From: Candidatus Saganbacteria bacterium | Lineage (GTDB): Bacteria > Margulisbacteria > WOR-1 > XYC2-FULL-46-14 | Assembly (NCBI GenBank): GCA_013202975.1 | Contig: JABMQY010000085.1 | Location: 1-60,427 of the forward strand | Reading direction: 5' to 3' | DNA: 60,427 nt | Part shown: positions 37,483 through 46,486 of the stretch, one piece after another | Numbering within the stretch: position 1 is the first letter of the stretch | Layout: every line of letters begins with the position of its first letter | Position numbers and translations under genes: made by a program | The notes under the pieces: model-generated | Seen by the model: only the letters and a program-made list of their open reading frames with translations | Database searches by the model: none | Told to the model about the DNA's origin: nothing

Positions 37483-37523
37483 GCACTTTCGGCAATGCCA
37501 TGATTTTGGTATACTAATGATAT

Positions 37524-38084
37524 ATGGGACAGTTTAAATTTAGCAAAACCAATATTGCCGGCGTCTTAATCATAGAACCCAAAGCCTTTTTTGATAACCG
37601 CGGATTTTTTATGGAGTCCTACAATAAACAGAATTTTGCTGATGCCGGATTTACTGATGTATTTGTCCAGGATAATCACAGCGTTTCTGGGGAAGGGGTT
37701 TTGCGCGGTATGCATTATCAAATAAATCCTGCTCCAATGGGAAAGCTGGTCCGCTGCATAAAAGGCAAGATTTTTGATGCTGGGGTTGATATTCGCAAAG
37801 GGTCAAAGACCTTTGGTCAGTGGTTTGGAGATATTCTTGATGAAGAAAACATGAAAATGATCTATTTTCCACCGGGGATTGCGCATGGTTTTTTGTCGCT
37901 TGCAGAAGATACCCATGTTTATTACAAATGCACCGGCTTGTACAGCAAAGAGGATGAGCGGGCAATGATCTGGAATGATCCGGCGGTTGGAATAAAATGG
38001 CCTCTGGATCAGGTAGGCGGTACGCCTATCCTATCTGATAAAGACAAGGTGCATCCTGGGATAAAAGGGGCAATACAATTTTAG
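37524..38084 (+). CDS. rmlC: dTDP-4-dehydrorhamnose 3,5-epimerase
   Basis: ..IEPKAFFDNRGFFMESYN.. ..LRGMHYQ.. ..KLVRCIKGKIFDAGVDIR.. ..YFPPGIAHGF.. are RmlC cupin-family motifs. Confidence 0.88.
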   Translation: MGQFKFSKTNIAGVLIIEPKAFFDNRGFFMESYNKQNFADAGFTDVFVQDNHSVSGEGVLRGMHYQINPAPMGKLVRCIKGKIFDAGVDIRKGSKTFGQWFGDILDEENMKMIYFPPGIAHGFLSLAEDTHVYYKCTGLYSKEDERAMIWNDPAVGIKWPLDQVGGTPILSDKDKVHPGIKGAIQF

Positions 38085-38555
38085 TCAGGGTAAAGAGCTA
38101 AATAAGCGCAGAAATTTAACTATACAATAAAGAATATATTTCCTCAAAAGCATAAGTTTGTGAATTATAAGTCCGGCCAGGCCATTCTTTGGATATAATT
38201 TTCTGTTTTTTCTGATTATTTTGTAAACTTTTCCTATGATATTCTCAAAGGGGATAATATAGGGGTCTATTTTGTTGTTGTTGTCTCCTCTGGTAATAAA
38301 ACCTTCTGGTGTAATCCTTATTACACGATGTATAGTTGTGCAGATTTTTTTTGTTTGAATGTATTGGATTATGTCTCCTCTTTCTACTGAGGTTTTGTCA
38401 GGATATGGTTTAATAATTACCCTGTCTTTGTCTTTTATTACGGGAGACATGCTGGGACCATGACAGGTTGCAGTTTGTTCTTGACTAACTAATGAGTTCA
38501 TGTTTAAATTATACAGCAATATGCAAATTATGAGGGACATATAATGCCTAAACAA
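38085..38555 (-). CDS. ER/archaeal-type (SipW/Sec11-like) signal peptidase I, short form
   Basis: Box B ..HGPSMSP.. (Ser nucleophile), box C ..RGDIIQY.., box D ..IHRVIRI.. with His in place of the bacterial Lys general base, box E ..TRGDNNNKIDPY... Confidence 0.65.
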   Translation of the reverse strand: MFRHYMSLIICILLYNLNMNSLVSQEQTATCHGPSMSPVIKDKDRVIIKPYPDKTSVERGDIIQYIQTKKICTTIHRVIRITPEGFITRGDNNNKIDPYIIPFENIIGKVYKIIRKNRKLYPKNGLAGLIIHKLMLLRKYILYCIVKFLRLFSSLP

Positions 38556-38804
38556 AAAGAATACAGAAAACCAGAATTATATTGTTTTACAAATGATGCT
38601 CTATTAGATTGTATTAATGGTACCGGGGCTAGTAATACGGGTACTTGCCAAGGTGGGGATGGAGTGGTTTCAGGTAATTGTTTTAACGGTGAGGTTGCAC
38701 TCTCGTCCTGTATTTCAAATGGCGTACATGCTGCAAGGGGTTGCACTACGGTGGGGTCATTCTATACTAATCCCGGATGTGGAGCTGGGATTGGCCCATC
38801 TTAA
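38544..38804 (+). CDS. Small Cys-rich peptide (86 aa) with KPELY N-terminal motif and repeated C-x-x-G units
   Basis: RBS GAGGGA upstream. MPKQKEYRKPELYCFTNDALLDCINGTG..TCQGG..NCFNG..SCISNG..GCTTVG..GCGAG. Paralogous to the convergent ORF 38805..39020 at protein and DNA level (AAACCAGAAyTATAT). Confidence 0.45.
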   Translation: MPKQKEYRKPELYCFTNDALLDCINGTGASNTGTCQGGDGVVSGNCFNGEVALSSCISNGVHAARGCTTVGSFYTNPGCGAGIGPS

Positions 38805-39020
38805 TTAGATTTCTTCTTTTGATCCGTTGTTGCAGGCAGCTGTTATGGCGTTTCCATTGACGCATTTGTCTACTGCTAGCGTTCCTGGTCCGCAGCCCGA
38901 ATTAGCTTCAAGGCCTTGTTTACAAGCAAGCTTTCTTGAGGCAGCATTGCCATCCAGGCAGGCGCCCTCAGAGAATTTGCTTGAAGAAATTTCATATAGT
39001 TCTGGTTTTGTGTATAGCAC
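38805..39020 (-). CDS. Small Cys-rich peptide (71 aa, GTG start) with KPELY N-terminal motif and repeated C-x-x-G units
   Basis: (V)LYTKPELYEISSSKFSEGACLDGNA..ACKQG..GCGPG..KCVNG..ACNNG; shares leader and core pattern with ORF 38544. No obvious RBS, so the call is weaker. Confidence 0.35.
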   Translation of the reverse strand: MLYTKPELYEISSSKFSEGACLDGNAASRKLACKQGLEANSGCGPGTLAVDKCVNGNAITAACNNGSKEEI

Positions 39021-39068
39021 AGCTAAATACTAACAATCAACTCGGATAAAGACAAGGTGCATCCTACC

Positions 39069-40205
39069 TTAAAAGATGCTGATTTGTTTTAGTGGAATCT
39101 TATGTTTCTTTGCCAACTTCTTTATATCTTCAAACTCCGGCGCAGCGGTGATAACCTTATTATCCAGAATTCCTAGTTTAACTTCAACTTTTCCATACTT
39201 AGTTTTAGCTGTCATGAACTTTCTCTTAAGTTTTTCTCGTTTAACTAAAAAAGTACGGACGCCCAGGGAAGTCGTTTCTTTGAATAGTGCTTCTAATACT
39301 TCGAGTTTGTGAAAAGTTTCACAAAGTGCCGTAAGTTTTATTGCTTGCCGTTTTTTCTTCATAAGAATAGGCTCAATCCAAGCGTCTAGAGCGCCGGCTT
39401 TCATTGTTTTCTTAATAGCTTTGTTATAAAGTTTTGGATTCATATCATCAATATTAGCTTCGATTTGTAGAACTGTGTCTGTTTCTGTCTGGATCTCTTT
39501 TTTGCCAAGATAGATTCTTAAAGCATTTGGAAGCTTAGGGATTATATGTCCTCCGGCACCAGCTCCAATATTTTCAAAGACCATGCGCGGTATTTCACCA
39601 AAGCTTTTTGCTAAAGATTTTATCAGAACGACTCCGGTTGGGGTTGCCAGTTCTTTTTTAACTGGTGATCCATAACACGGAATCCCTTTTAGTAGTTCAG
39701 CCGTTGCTGGAGCAGGGACTGGCAGGATTCCATGAGAGTGTTTTACGGTTCCGGAACCTACATTAATAGGGGAGCTGTATATTTCGCTTATTCCTAGTTT
39801 TTTTAGACAAATTAATGTCCCAACGATATCTATTATTGCATCAGTTGCGCCGACTTCGTGCAGATGGACTGTGTCCATTTTTTTACCATGGACTTTGGCT
39901 TCTGCAGCAATCAGAGTTTTGTAAATTTGGATGGCTTTTCTTTTGATGTCAGGCGAGAGTTTGGATTTTGAGATAAGGGCGGTGATTGATGAGAGGGTTG
40001 TCCCATGGTCGCGACCTGTCCGTACATCTACATACCTAGCCTTCAGACCATTCCGGTCGACCTGTTTGATGATGAGCCGATAGGGGGGGAGATGGATCTT
40101 CTTTAGCTCTCCTCGAAGATATGTTTCCGATACTCCAAGATCAAGTAATGCTCCAAGGATCATATTTCCGGCAATTCCGGAGGAGCAGTCAACGTATAAT
40201 AGCAT
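39069..40205 (-). CDS. larC: LarC-family nickel insertion protein (nickel-pincer cofactor biosynthesis, DUF111)
   Basis: N-terminus MLLYVDCSSGIAGNMILGALLDLGVS.. is the hallmark of TIGR00299/LarC. Confidence 0.8.
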   Translation of the reverse strand: MLLYVDCSSGIAGNMILGALLDLGVSETYLRGELKKIHLPPYRLIIKQVDRNGLKARYVDVRTGRDHGTTLSSITALISKSKLSPDIKRKAIQIYKTLIAAEAKVHGKKMDTVHLHEVGATDAIIDIVGTLICLKKLGISEIYSSPINVGSGTVKHSHGILPVPAPATAELLKGIPCYGSPVKKELATPTGVVLIKSLAKSFGEIPRMVFENIGAGAGGHIIPKLPNALRIYLGKKEIQTETDTVLQIEANIDDMNPKLYNKAIKKTMKAGALDAWIEPILMKKKRQAIKLTALCETFHKLEVLEALFKETTSLGVRTFLVKREKLKRKFMTAKTKYGKVEVKLGILDNKVITAAPEFEDIKKLAKKHKIPLKQISIF

Positions 40206-40851
40206 GTGCCATTACCGCAGCCCCAAAACCATTATCAATATTTACCACTGCGACGCCAGGGGCACACGAATTCATCATTGTTAAAAGTGCGGATAGCCCT
40301 TTAAAGTTTGCGCCATAACCGACCGATGTTGGAACGGCAATTACCGGAGCTTCTACCAGTCCGCCAACAACTGAGGGGAGGGCCCCCTCCATGCCGGCGA
40401 CAACAATAATCACTTTTGCTTTTTCGAGTTTGTCTAGATTTTGGGTTAAGCGATGAATTCCGGCTACTCCAACATCATAAAGTCTCTCTGTTTTTATTCC
40501 AAGAAATTCAGCGGTAACAGCCGCTTCTTCTGCTACAGGTATGTCGGCGGTGCCGGCGGTAATAATTAAGCAGGGTTTAGGGTTTGGGGTATAGGGTATA
40601 GTTTTTGAGATAGTGATTATTTTTGCTTCTTTATGATACGTTGCCTTCCTCAGGGCTTTCTTGACGGCTTTATAGACTTCTACCGACGCTCGGGTCATTA
40701 AAACCGGATGTTTCTTTTTATTGATACTCTTTGCGATCTCGACAATTTGTTTTGTGGTTTTTCCGGGACAATAAATGACCTCAGGAAAGCCCTTGCGTTT
40801 TATGCGGTGGTGATCAACTTTGGCAAAACCGAGTTCTTCGTAGTGGTTCAT
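40189..40851 (-). CDS. larB: LarB (PurE-like nickel-pincer cofactor biosynthesis carboxylase/hydrolase)
   Basis: C-terminal ..AGMEGALPSVVGGLVEAPVIAVPTSVGYGANFKGLSALLTMMNSCAPGVAVVNIDNGFGAAVMA.. matches LarB/PurE-like proteins. Confidence 0.75.
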   Translation of the reverse strand: MNHYEELGFAKVDHHRIKRKGFPEVIYCPGKTTKQIVEIAKSINKKKHPVLMTRASVEVYKAVKKALRKATYHKEAKIITISKTIPYTPNPKPCLIITAGTADIPVAEEAAVTAEFLGIKTERLYDVGVAGIHRLTQNLDKLEKAKVIIVVAGMEGALPSVVGGLVEAPVIAVPTSVGYGANFKGLSALLTMMNSCAPGVAVVNIDNGFGAAVMAHAIIR

Positions 40852-41942
40852 ATCTTTAGCAGTTTTCTTATCAAATCGGCAACTGCAAATGCAGCGCGAG
40901 GTTTTCTAAGCCGTTCGATATTCTTTTTAATACTTTGATACTCTGTTCCTTCTTTTAATTCTTTTATCTGCTTTGCAACTATTTTGGGATCCACGGTGTA
41001 TTTTCCGATTTTCTCCTTTTGTACAAATTCAATGTTACCTTCCTCATTTCCCGGCACATAATCAGTGATAATCATTGGAAGTCTCATTGCCATGGCCTCG
41101 GCAATTGTTCCGGGGCCGGCTTTAGTAACAATCAGGTCCGAATCTGCCATAAGCTCTGCGACCTTATCGGTAAAGCCAAAGACCCGCATCGGAATGGTGA
41201 AATCTTTACTGTTTTCTAGTCTTTCTTTTAGTTTTTTGTTTCGTCCGGCTATAATAATTAACCGGGCTTTAATTTTTTGCTGGTTTATCTCTCTTACAAT
41301 TTCATATATATTGCCAGAGCCTTCTCCCCCCCCCATAACCAGTATTGTAAAGGGGCCATCTTTTTTTGTGTTTTCTGTGCAGAATTTTGGATCAATTGGA
41401 GTTCCGCAAACCTTGATCGATTCTTCTTTTAGTCCATATTTTATAGATAGCTCTTTTGCATGTTCTGACCCAACAATGGTAAGATCTGATTCTGGCATTA
41501 CCCACATGCGGTGCATAGAGTAGGGGTCCATGATTACTGAGACCAGCTTGATATTAAGTTTTTGCTCTTTGACCCGCCTAAAAACCATCCTGCTTACCGG
41601 ATGAGTTGAAACCAGAATATCTGGGCGGTACTGTTTAATCAGCTTATCAATTTTGCGAAGCATAAAGGGCCAGCCCATTTTTTCTATTTTTGCGATTCGA
41701 TCGCTGTTTTCAAAGTGATAAAACAAATTCTTCCATATGTTTGGGAAGTAGCGGATAATCGGACCGTATAGTTTTGCAAGAAATGCCAGGAAGCTATTGG
41801 TATAAACAAATACCTCAACCTGATCTTGTTCAATAAGGCTGCCATAAGATTTTTCGCAGGCTTTGGATTTTGCTTTAACTGCCGAGCGATGCCCGCCGCC
41901 GGTGTCAGAAAATAAATAGAGAATTCTTTTTTTATTGTTCAT
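40848..41942 (-). CDS. MGDG-synthase-like / diacylglycerol glycosyltransferase (GT28 family, MurG-like fold)
   Basis: N-terminal ..ILYLFSDTGGGHRSAVKA.. motif of monogalactosyl/monoglucosyl-diacylglycerol synthases; C-terminal GT-B domain. Confidence 0.7.
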   Translation of the reverse strand: MNNKKRILYLFSDTGGGHRSAVKAKSKACEKSYGSLIEQDQVEVFVYTNSFLAFLAKLYGPIIRYFPNIWKNLFYHFENSDRIAKIEKMGWPFMLRKIDKLIKQYRPDILVSTHPVSRMVFRRVKEQKLNIKLVSVIMDPYSMHRMWVMPESDLTIVGSEHAKELSIKYGLKEESIKVCGTPIDPKFCTENTKKDGPFTILVMGGGEGSGNIYEIVREINQQKIKARLIIIAGRNKKLKERLENSKDFTIPMRVFGFTDKVAELMADSDLIVTKAGPGTIAEAMAMRLPMIITDYVPGNEEGNIEFVQKEKIGKYTVDPKIVAKQIKELKEGTEYQSIKKNIERLRKPRAAFAVADLIRKLLKI

Positions 41943-42475
41943 GGATGTAATTTATATAGTTTTGCCGATAAAAGGTATAACATTATAAAGAGATGAATAA
42001 TTAATGTAGCTATTCCTAAATAGACTACACTTGTATTTGCTAACGTAAGTGCTGCTCCCAGACAGCTAAAGGAAAAGGCGCATATTTCTACTTTTGATTT
42101 CTTTTTGATATATTCTTTTATTATCTCGGGCAGGTTTGGTCTTTTGAGGGCAGCAGAATATTTGAAGACCGCAAAAGCAAAGCAGATTGCATTCACCGTA
42201 AACCAAAGAGCAGGATCTTTTATAATAAAGATGGTTAATATAATAAAAGAAACAAGTGTCAGATCAAAAGCCAGCTCGCGATAATTTTGGGTTGGGCCGA
42301 TATGTCTTATAAAGTAATCTATTCCAAAGATCCAATGCAGCAGAAAAAAGAGTGTGTTGAGCCATAATACATAATCGGCGCTCGATGTCATTCGCTGAAA
42401 CATGAACAATAAGACCAGCAATGCGGCGCCAAGCGTTATTTTGCTGTTCAAAAGCTGTGTATTTCTTTTAAGCAT
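41939..42475 (-). CDS. Integral membrane protein, hypothetical (178 aa)
   Basis: Multiple hydrophobic helices; translationally coupled to neighbouring genes. Confidence 0.5.
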   Translation of the reverse strand: MLKRNTQLLNSKITLGAALLVLLFMFQRMTSSADYVLWLNTLFFLLHWIFGIDYFIRHIGPTQNYRELAFDLTLVSFIILTIFIIKDPALWFTVNAICFAFAVFKYSAALKRPNLPEIIKEYIKKKSKVEICAFSFSCLGAALTLANTSVVYLGIATLIIHLFIMLYLLSAKLYKLHP

Positions 42476-42505
42476 CGTTTTATTTTAGCATGTAGTGGAT
42501 TGTAC

Positions 42506-43345
42506 TTAAAGGCTTCTTAGGACTAAAAGATTGCCTAGGTCTTCATGCATATCTGGATTTTTGGGCGTTTCAAGACACATTGGTAAACTATTGAATCTTT
42601 TGTCGTTTAAAATCATCCTGAAGGGTTCTAAACCAAGTGTTCCTTTTCCAATATGTTCATGCCTATCTTTGTGAGAATCAAATTCCTTTTTGCTGTCGTT
42701 AAGATGAAAAGCCAGCAGATATTTTAGGCCGATCTCTTTTTCAAATTCATCCCAGCACTTTTGATAGCCTTCTTTTGATTTAATATCATATCCGGCAGAA
42801 AATGAGTGACAGGTATCAAAACAAACTCCTATTCTGCTTTTTTCTTCAATAAGATTAATTATTTTACCAATCTCGGAAAATTTGCTGCCAACGCTTGATC
42901 CTGCTCCGGCAGTAGTTTCAAGAGCGATTTTGACTTTTTGACCTTTTGTTTTATTAAACAGGTCATTAATGCTTTTGGCAATCTTTTTAATTCCGTCTTC
43001 TTTTGGAGTATCGAGAGATGAGCCGGGGTGTAGGACGGTAAATGGAATTCCCAGTTTTTCTGAGCGCTCAAGTTCATCAAGCATCGAACGCATTGAATTT
43101 GTATAAACGGTTTCCTTTGGAGAGGCTAAGTTTATTAAATATCCGGTATGGGCAAAGACTAAAATACCTGTATCTTTTTGTAGTTTCTTGAATTGTTCAA
43201 TCTCATCTTCCGGAATTGGTTTTGAAGACCATTGATTATTGTTTTTTACGAATATTTGGATGGTTTTGCATTCGATCGAATTTCCACGCTCAATTGCCTT
43301 ATCAACTCCGCCGGCGATTGACATATGTGCGCCGAGTAGTCTCAT
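42506..43345 (-). CDS. nfo: Endonuclease IV (AP endonuclease family 2)
   Basis: MRLLGAHMSIAGGVDKAIERGNSIECKTIQIFVKNNNQWSSKP.. is the canonical Nfo N-terminus; His/Asp/Glu metal ligands present. Confidence 0.88.
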   Translation of the reverse strand: MRLLGAHMSIAGGVDKAIERGNSIECKTIQIFVKNNNQWSSKPIPEDEIEQFKKLQKDTGILVFAHTGYLINLASPKETVYTNSMRSMLDELERSEKLGIPFTVLHPGSSLDTPKEDGIKKIAKSINDLFNKTKGQKVKIALETTAGAGSSVGSKFSEIGKIINLIEEKSRIGVCFDTCHSFSAGYDIKSKEGYQKCWDEFEKEIGLKYLLAFHLNDSKKEFDSHKDRHEHIGKGTLGLEPFRMILNDKRFNSLPMCLETPKNPDMHEDLGNLLVLRSL

Positions 43346-44628
43346 TTGCTCATTCTCGCTTGTATCTTTTTTTCAAACCCGATATCTTTTGGTTTATAGT
43401 AGGTCTTCTTTTCAGCCAAATGCTTTTGTTGAACAATGCCACCTTTATAATTGTGAGCATACTTATATCCCTTGCCTTTCCCCATCTCTTTTTCACCTTT
43501 ATAATTGGCATTTTTTAAGTGCATTGGTACTTCAAGCGTCGGGTTTTCTTTGACATCTTTGAGCGCAGCATCAATTCCAACATAAGAAGCATTACTCTTT
43601 GGCGCTGTTGCAACATAGGTGGTTGCCTGAGCTAGAGGAATACGAGCTTCGGGCATTCCGACAAATTCTGCAATTTCGCGTGCTGCATTTGATATTACCA
43701 AAGCCAAAGGATCGGCATTTCCAACATCCTCTGCTGCACAAATACATATTCGTCGAGCGATAAATCTGGGGTCTTCACCTGCGTAAATCATTTTTGCAAG
43801 ATAATAGAGGGCTGCGTCAGGATCAGAACCGCGCATACTTTTTATAAAAGCGGAGATAGTATCGTAGTGCTGGTCGCCCTTTTTATCATACACAACAGCT
43901 TTCTTTTGCATCGATTCTTCTGCAACTTTTAAATCGATATTTATAGACCCTTTTTTGTCCGGTGAAGTAGAAAGTGCGGCTAATTCTAAGGCTTGAAGCG
44001 CCTTGCGTGCATCACCATCAGCGATTTTGCACCAAAAATCCATTGCCTCTTTCTTAATATTCAGATTAAGTTTTCCAAGGCCTCTTTCCTGGTCTTTTAT
44101 CGCATTAGAAATTATTTGTTGTAAGTTGTTAGTTGTAAGTGGTTTTAACTCAAAGAGCTGGGAGCGGGAGACCAGGGCCGAGTTTACATAGAAAAACGGA
44201 TTTTCGGTCGTTGCTCCAATTAGTATAAAAAGGCCTTCTTCTACGTCGGGAAGCAAAACATCTTGTTGAAGTTTGTTGAAGCGATGGATTTCGTCTAAAA
44301 ACAAGATAGTTTTTGTTAGATGAAGTTTTTTTCTGTTTTTTGCCGCAATGCTGATTTTTCGAATATCTTCTACTTTGGCGGTCGAAGCATTGGTCCACTC
44401 AAAATGGCCCTTAGTAGTGTTTGCGATAATTCGGGCAAGAGCGGTTTTTCCTGTTCCCGGCGGTCCGAAGAAGATTATTGATGACACTTTATCGGCCTCA
44501 ATTAATCTTCTAAGGAGTTTTCCTTCTCCTATTATATGTTCCTGTCCGACTACGTCGTTTAGGGTTAATGGAGCCATTCTGAAGGCCAGTGGTTGGTTGT
44601 GTTTTAAATTCTTATCAAAGAGGTCCAT
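43342..44628 (-). CDS. rarA: Replication-associated recombination protein A (AAA+ ATPase RarA/MgsA)
   Basis: ..LNDVVGQEHIIGEGKLLRRLIEADKVSSIIFFGPPGTGKTALARIIAN.. Walker A; ..ILFLDEIHRFNK.. Walker B/sensor. Confidence 0.88.
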   Translation of the reverse strand: MDLFDKNLKHNQPLAFRMAPLTLNDVVGQEHIIGEGKLLRRLIEADKVSSIIFFGPPGTGKTALARIIANTTKGHFEWTNASTAKVEDIRKISIAAKNRKKLHLTKTILFLDEIHRFNKLQQDVLLPDVEEGLFILIGATTENPFFYVNSALVSRSQLFELKPLTTNNLQQIISNAIKDQERGLGKLNLNIKKEAMDFWCKIADGDARKALQALELAALSTSPDKKGSINIDLKVAEESMQKKAVVYDKKGDQHYDTISAFIKSMRGSDPDAALYYLAKMIYAGEDPRFIARRICICAAEDVGNADPLALVISNAAREIAEFVGMPEARIPLAQATTYVATAPKSNASYVGIDAALKDVKENPTLEVPMHLKNANYKGEKEMGKGKGYKYAHNYKGGIVQQKHLAEKKTYYKPKDIGFEKKIQARMSK

Positions 44629-44735
44629 ATTGTTATTTTAAGTGAAATTTTTCTGCTAGACTAACGATAATAGTATAGCACCTCGACAAGCCCGGTACAA
44701 AGCGGGTAAGAGGAACATAGTAAGGCAGGGAGAGA

Positions 44736-45491
44736 TTGAAGATGGCAAGGATTAGACCGCGATTATCATTAATGCAACAGCTTTCAGGAAATCCTAAATA
44801 TAGAGGAAGGCTTTTGGCTTTGGAATATAGAACACCCAAAGGCAATCTATTAAAGGCAAGACAGGTATTTGGGAGAACCCTGTCTGAGATTCAAGAGGCA
44901 ATTGAGCAGGTTGATGCGCAAGTCTCCCCACCTTCTTCTAAACGCTTGGATTTGGCTGTAGAGTATTCTCTAGCAGAATTTGATGCGATTCGAGGCCCTG
45001 TTGGGGATATATCTCCTGTTGAATTCCCTTTTACTATTGAAGCTATCCATTCCATATTCCCTAAAGCGCAAATTATTTGTGTAAAAAAAGGATCCTATGC
45101 AAAAATTGATGGGCATCCATTTGATCTGGATGAAGACGCACACCTGCTTAAAATCACCAAGAAGGGTTCAGATGAGATGTTTGCTATAAGGGATATTAAT
45201 ACAGGAATCATTGCGGTTGAAAGGCTTAATAGCTTTTTAAGAAGAAGAGAAGTTAAGTTAAGGGTGGTTTTGCCTTCTTTAGATTTAGTGCGGATTTGTT
45301 GTTTAAATAGTGTTGATTGTGGGCAGTTATCAACTAATATAATCACTGCAGAAAGAGGAACCAGAGCGAGCTATCCATCTTGGGGTGTTATTTCTCTTGA
45401 TGATCTTCAATCTGTTTTTCTGCTTCAGAGCGGACAGAAAATGGAGGACTTGGGTCTTTTGCTTCAAATTGTTCCCAAAACTTTAGAGTAG
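44736..45491 (+). CDS. Hypothetical protein (251 aa)
   Basis: ORF; no recognised domain. Confidence 0.45.
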   Translation: MKMARIRPRLSLMQQLSGNPKYRGRLLALEYRTPKGNLLKARQVFGRTLSEIQEAIEQVDAQVSPPSSKRLDLAVEYSLAEFDAIRGPVGDISPVEFPFTIEAIHSIFPKAQIICVKKGSYAKIDGHPFDLDEDAHLLKITKKGSDEMFAIRDINTGIIAVERLNSFLRRREVKLRVVLPSLDLVRICCLNSVDCGQLSTNIITAERGTRASYPSWGVISLDDLQSVFLLQSGQKMEDLGLLLQIVPKTLE

Positions 45492-46231
45492 GCTTTGATT
45501 GTCTCCTGTGCCATTTCGGTGGCATTTTTGGCAGTGCTTAAATCTGGGTGAATTTTTCTCATCTCCCTTCGATATGCCGATCTGATTTCTTCAAATGTTG
45601 CGTCTGTAGAAACATTTATAGTTTGGTATGCTGCACGGACGTCGGCAGAGATGATTCTAAACGGTTTTTTGGCAGGAGCCAATTGATAGCTTTGTAGAAG
45701 GGCAGTTGTTTTGGCTTCAAATTCATCCGACATTATTTCGGCAAGGGCGGACCGGTATTCTTTTCCCTTCAATCTTGTTTCAACATCTGTTAGCAGCGCG
45801 TCAAGTTGGATTTTTGCTTTTTCCATTACAGGAAATTCTTTTATTATATTAATATATCTTATGGCAATTTTTATTTTCAATGCCAATATGGAAATATCAC
45901 TTTCTTCGTATTGTGGAAAAAGGTTTCGAGCTATATTTTTAAGCAGGCTTTCCCGATCAAATAATTGCTGGATAGATAAATTGGCACCTTGTGCATCGCG
46001 TATTTTTTGGTTTTCCAAAAGAATCGGATTGGCCGCATCTATTCTCTTGTATAGACTGCTGCAAGCCTCAATCCAAAATTGATAACCGCCAAATTCTTGC
46101 TTTAGGCCGTAAATAAATTGCAGAGCTCGAGTTCGTGTGTTCTCAGGTTGACAGACTGCATATTTAAAAAAGGGCATTGCCCGGGGGCCAATTTTAACCG
46201 GCGAAATTCTATTAAGATATATTCCTGCCAT
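45464..46231 (-). CDS. J-domain (DnaJ-domain) protein, J domain at C-terminus
   Basis: ..FEEIRSAYRREMRKIHPDLS.. contains the HPD tripeptide within a J-domain-like helix II/III segment. Confidence 0.6.
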   Translation of the reverse strand: MAGIYLNRISPVKIGPRAMPFFKYAVCQPENTRTRALQFIYGLKQEFGGYQFWIEACSSLYKRIDAANPILLENQKIRDAQGANLSIQQLFDRESLLKNIARNLFPQYEESDISILALKIKIAIRYINIIKEFPVMEKAKIQLDALLTDVETRLKGKEYRSALAEIMSDEFEAKTTALLQSYQLAPAKKPFRIISADVRAAYQTINVSTDATFEEIRSAYRREMRKIHPDLSTAKNATEMAQETIKAYSKVLGTI

Positions 46232-46305
46232 ATATATGTATCGTTAATTTTTGGCAAAAATTTCATCCAATATGCTATAATTTTGACACAGAGAGGTGAT
46301 AAAAT

Positions 46306-46485
46306 ATGCCAGTAGTACGAATAGCTTGGTGGAAGGGCAGAACCCGCGAGCAAAAAGAAAAAGTTGCAATGGATATTGAAGAATCAATGGTAAAGAATAT
46401 CGGCTGCCCAAAAGGGGTAACTCATATTGTTTTTGAAGACGTAGATAAATCAGACTGGGCGATAGAGGGGAAGCTGCAAGGCTAA
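46306..46485 (+). CDS. 4-oxalocrotonate tautomerase family protein (59 aa)
   Basis: MPVVRIAWWKGRTREQKEKVAMDIEESMVKNIGCPKGVTHIVFEDVDKSDWAIEGK has the Pro1 / GRT.EQK pattern of 4-OT tautomerases. Not in the ORF track because it is under 60 aa. RBS GAGAGGTGA upstream. Confidence 0.65.
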   Translation: MPVVRIAWWKGRTREQKEKVAMDIEESMVKNIGCPKGVTHIVFEDVDKSDWAIEGKLQG

Positions 46486-46486
46486 G

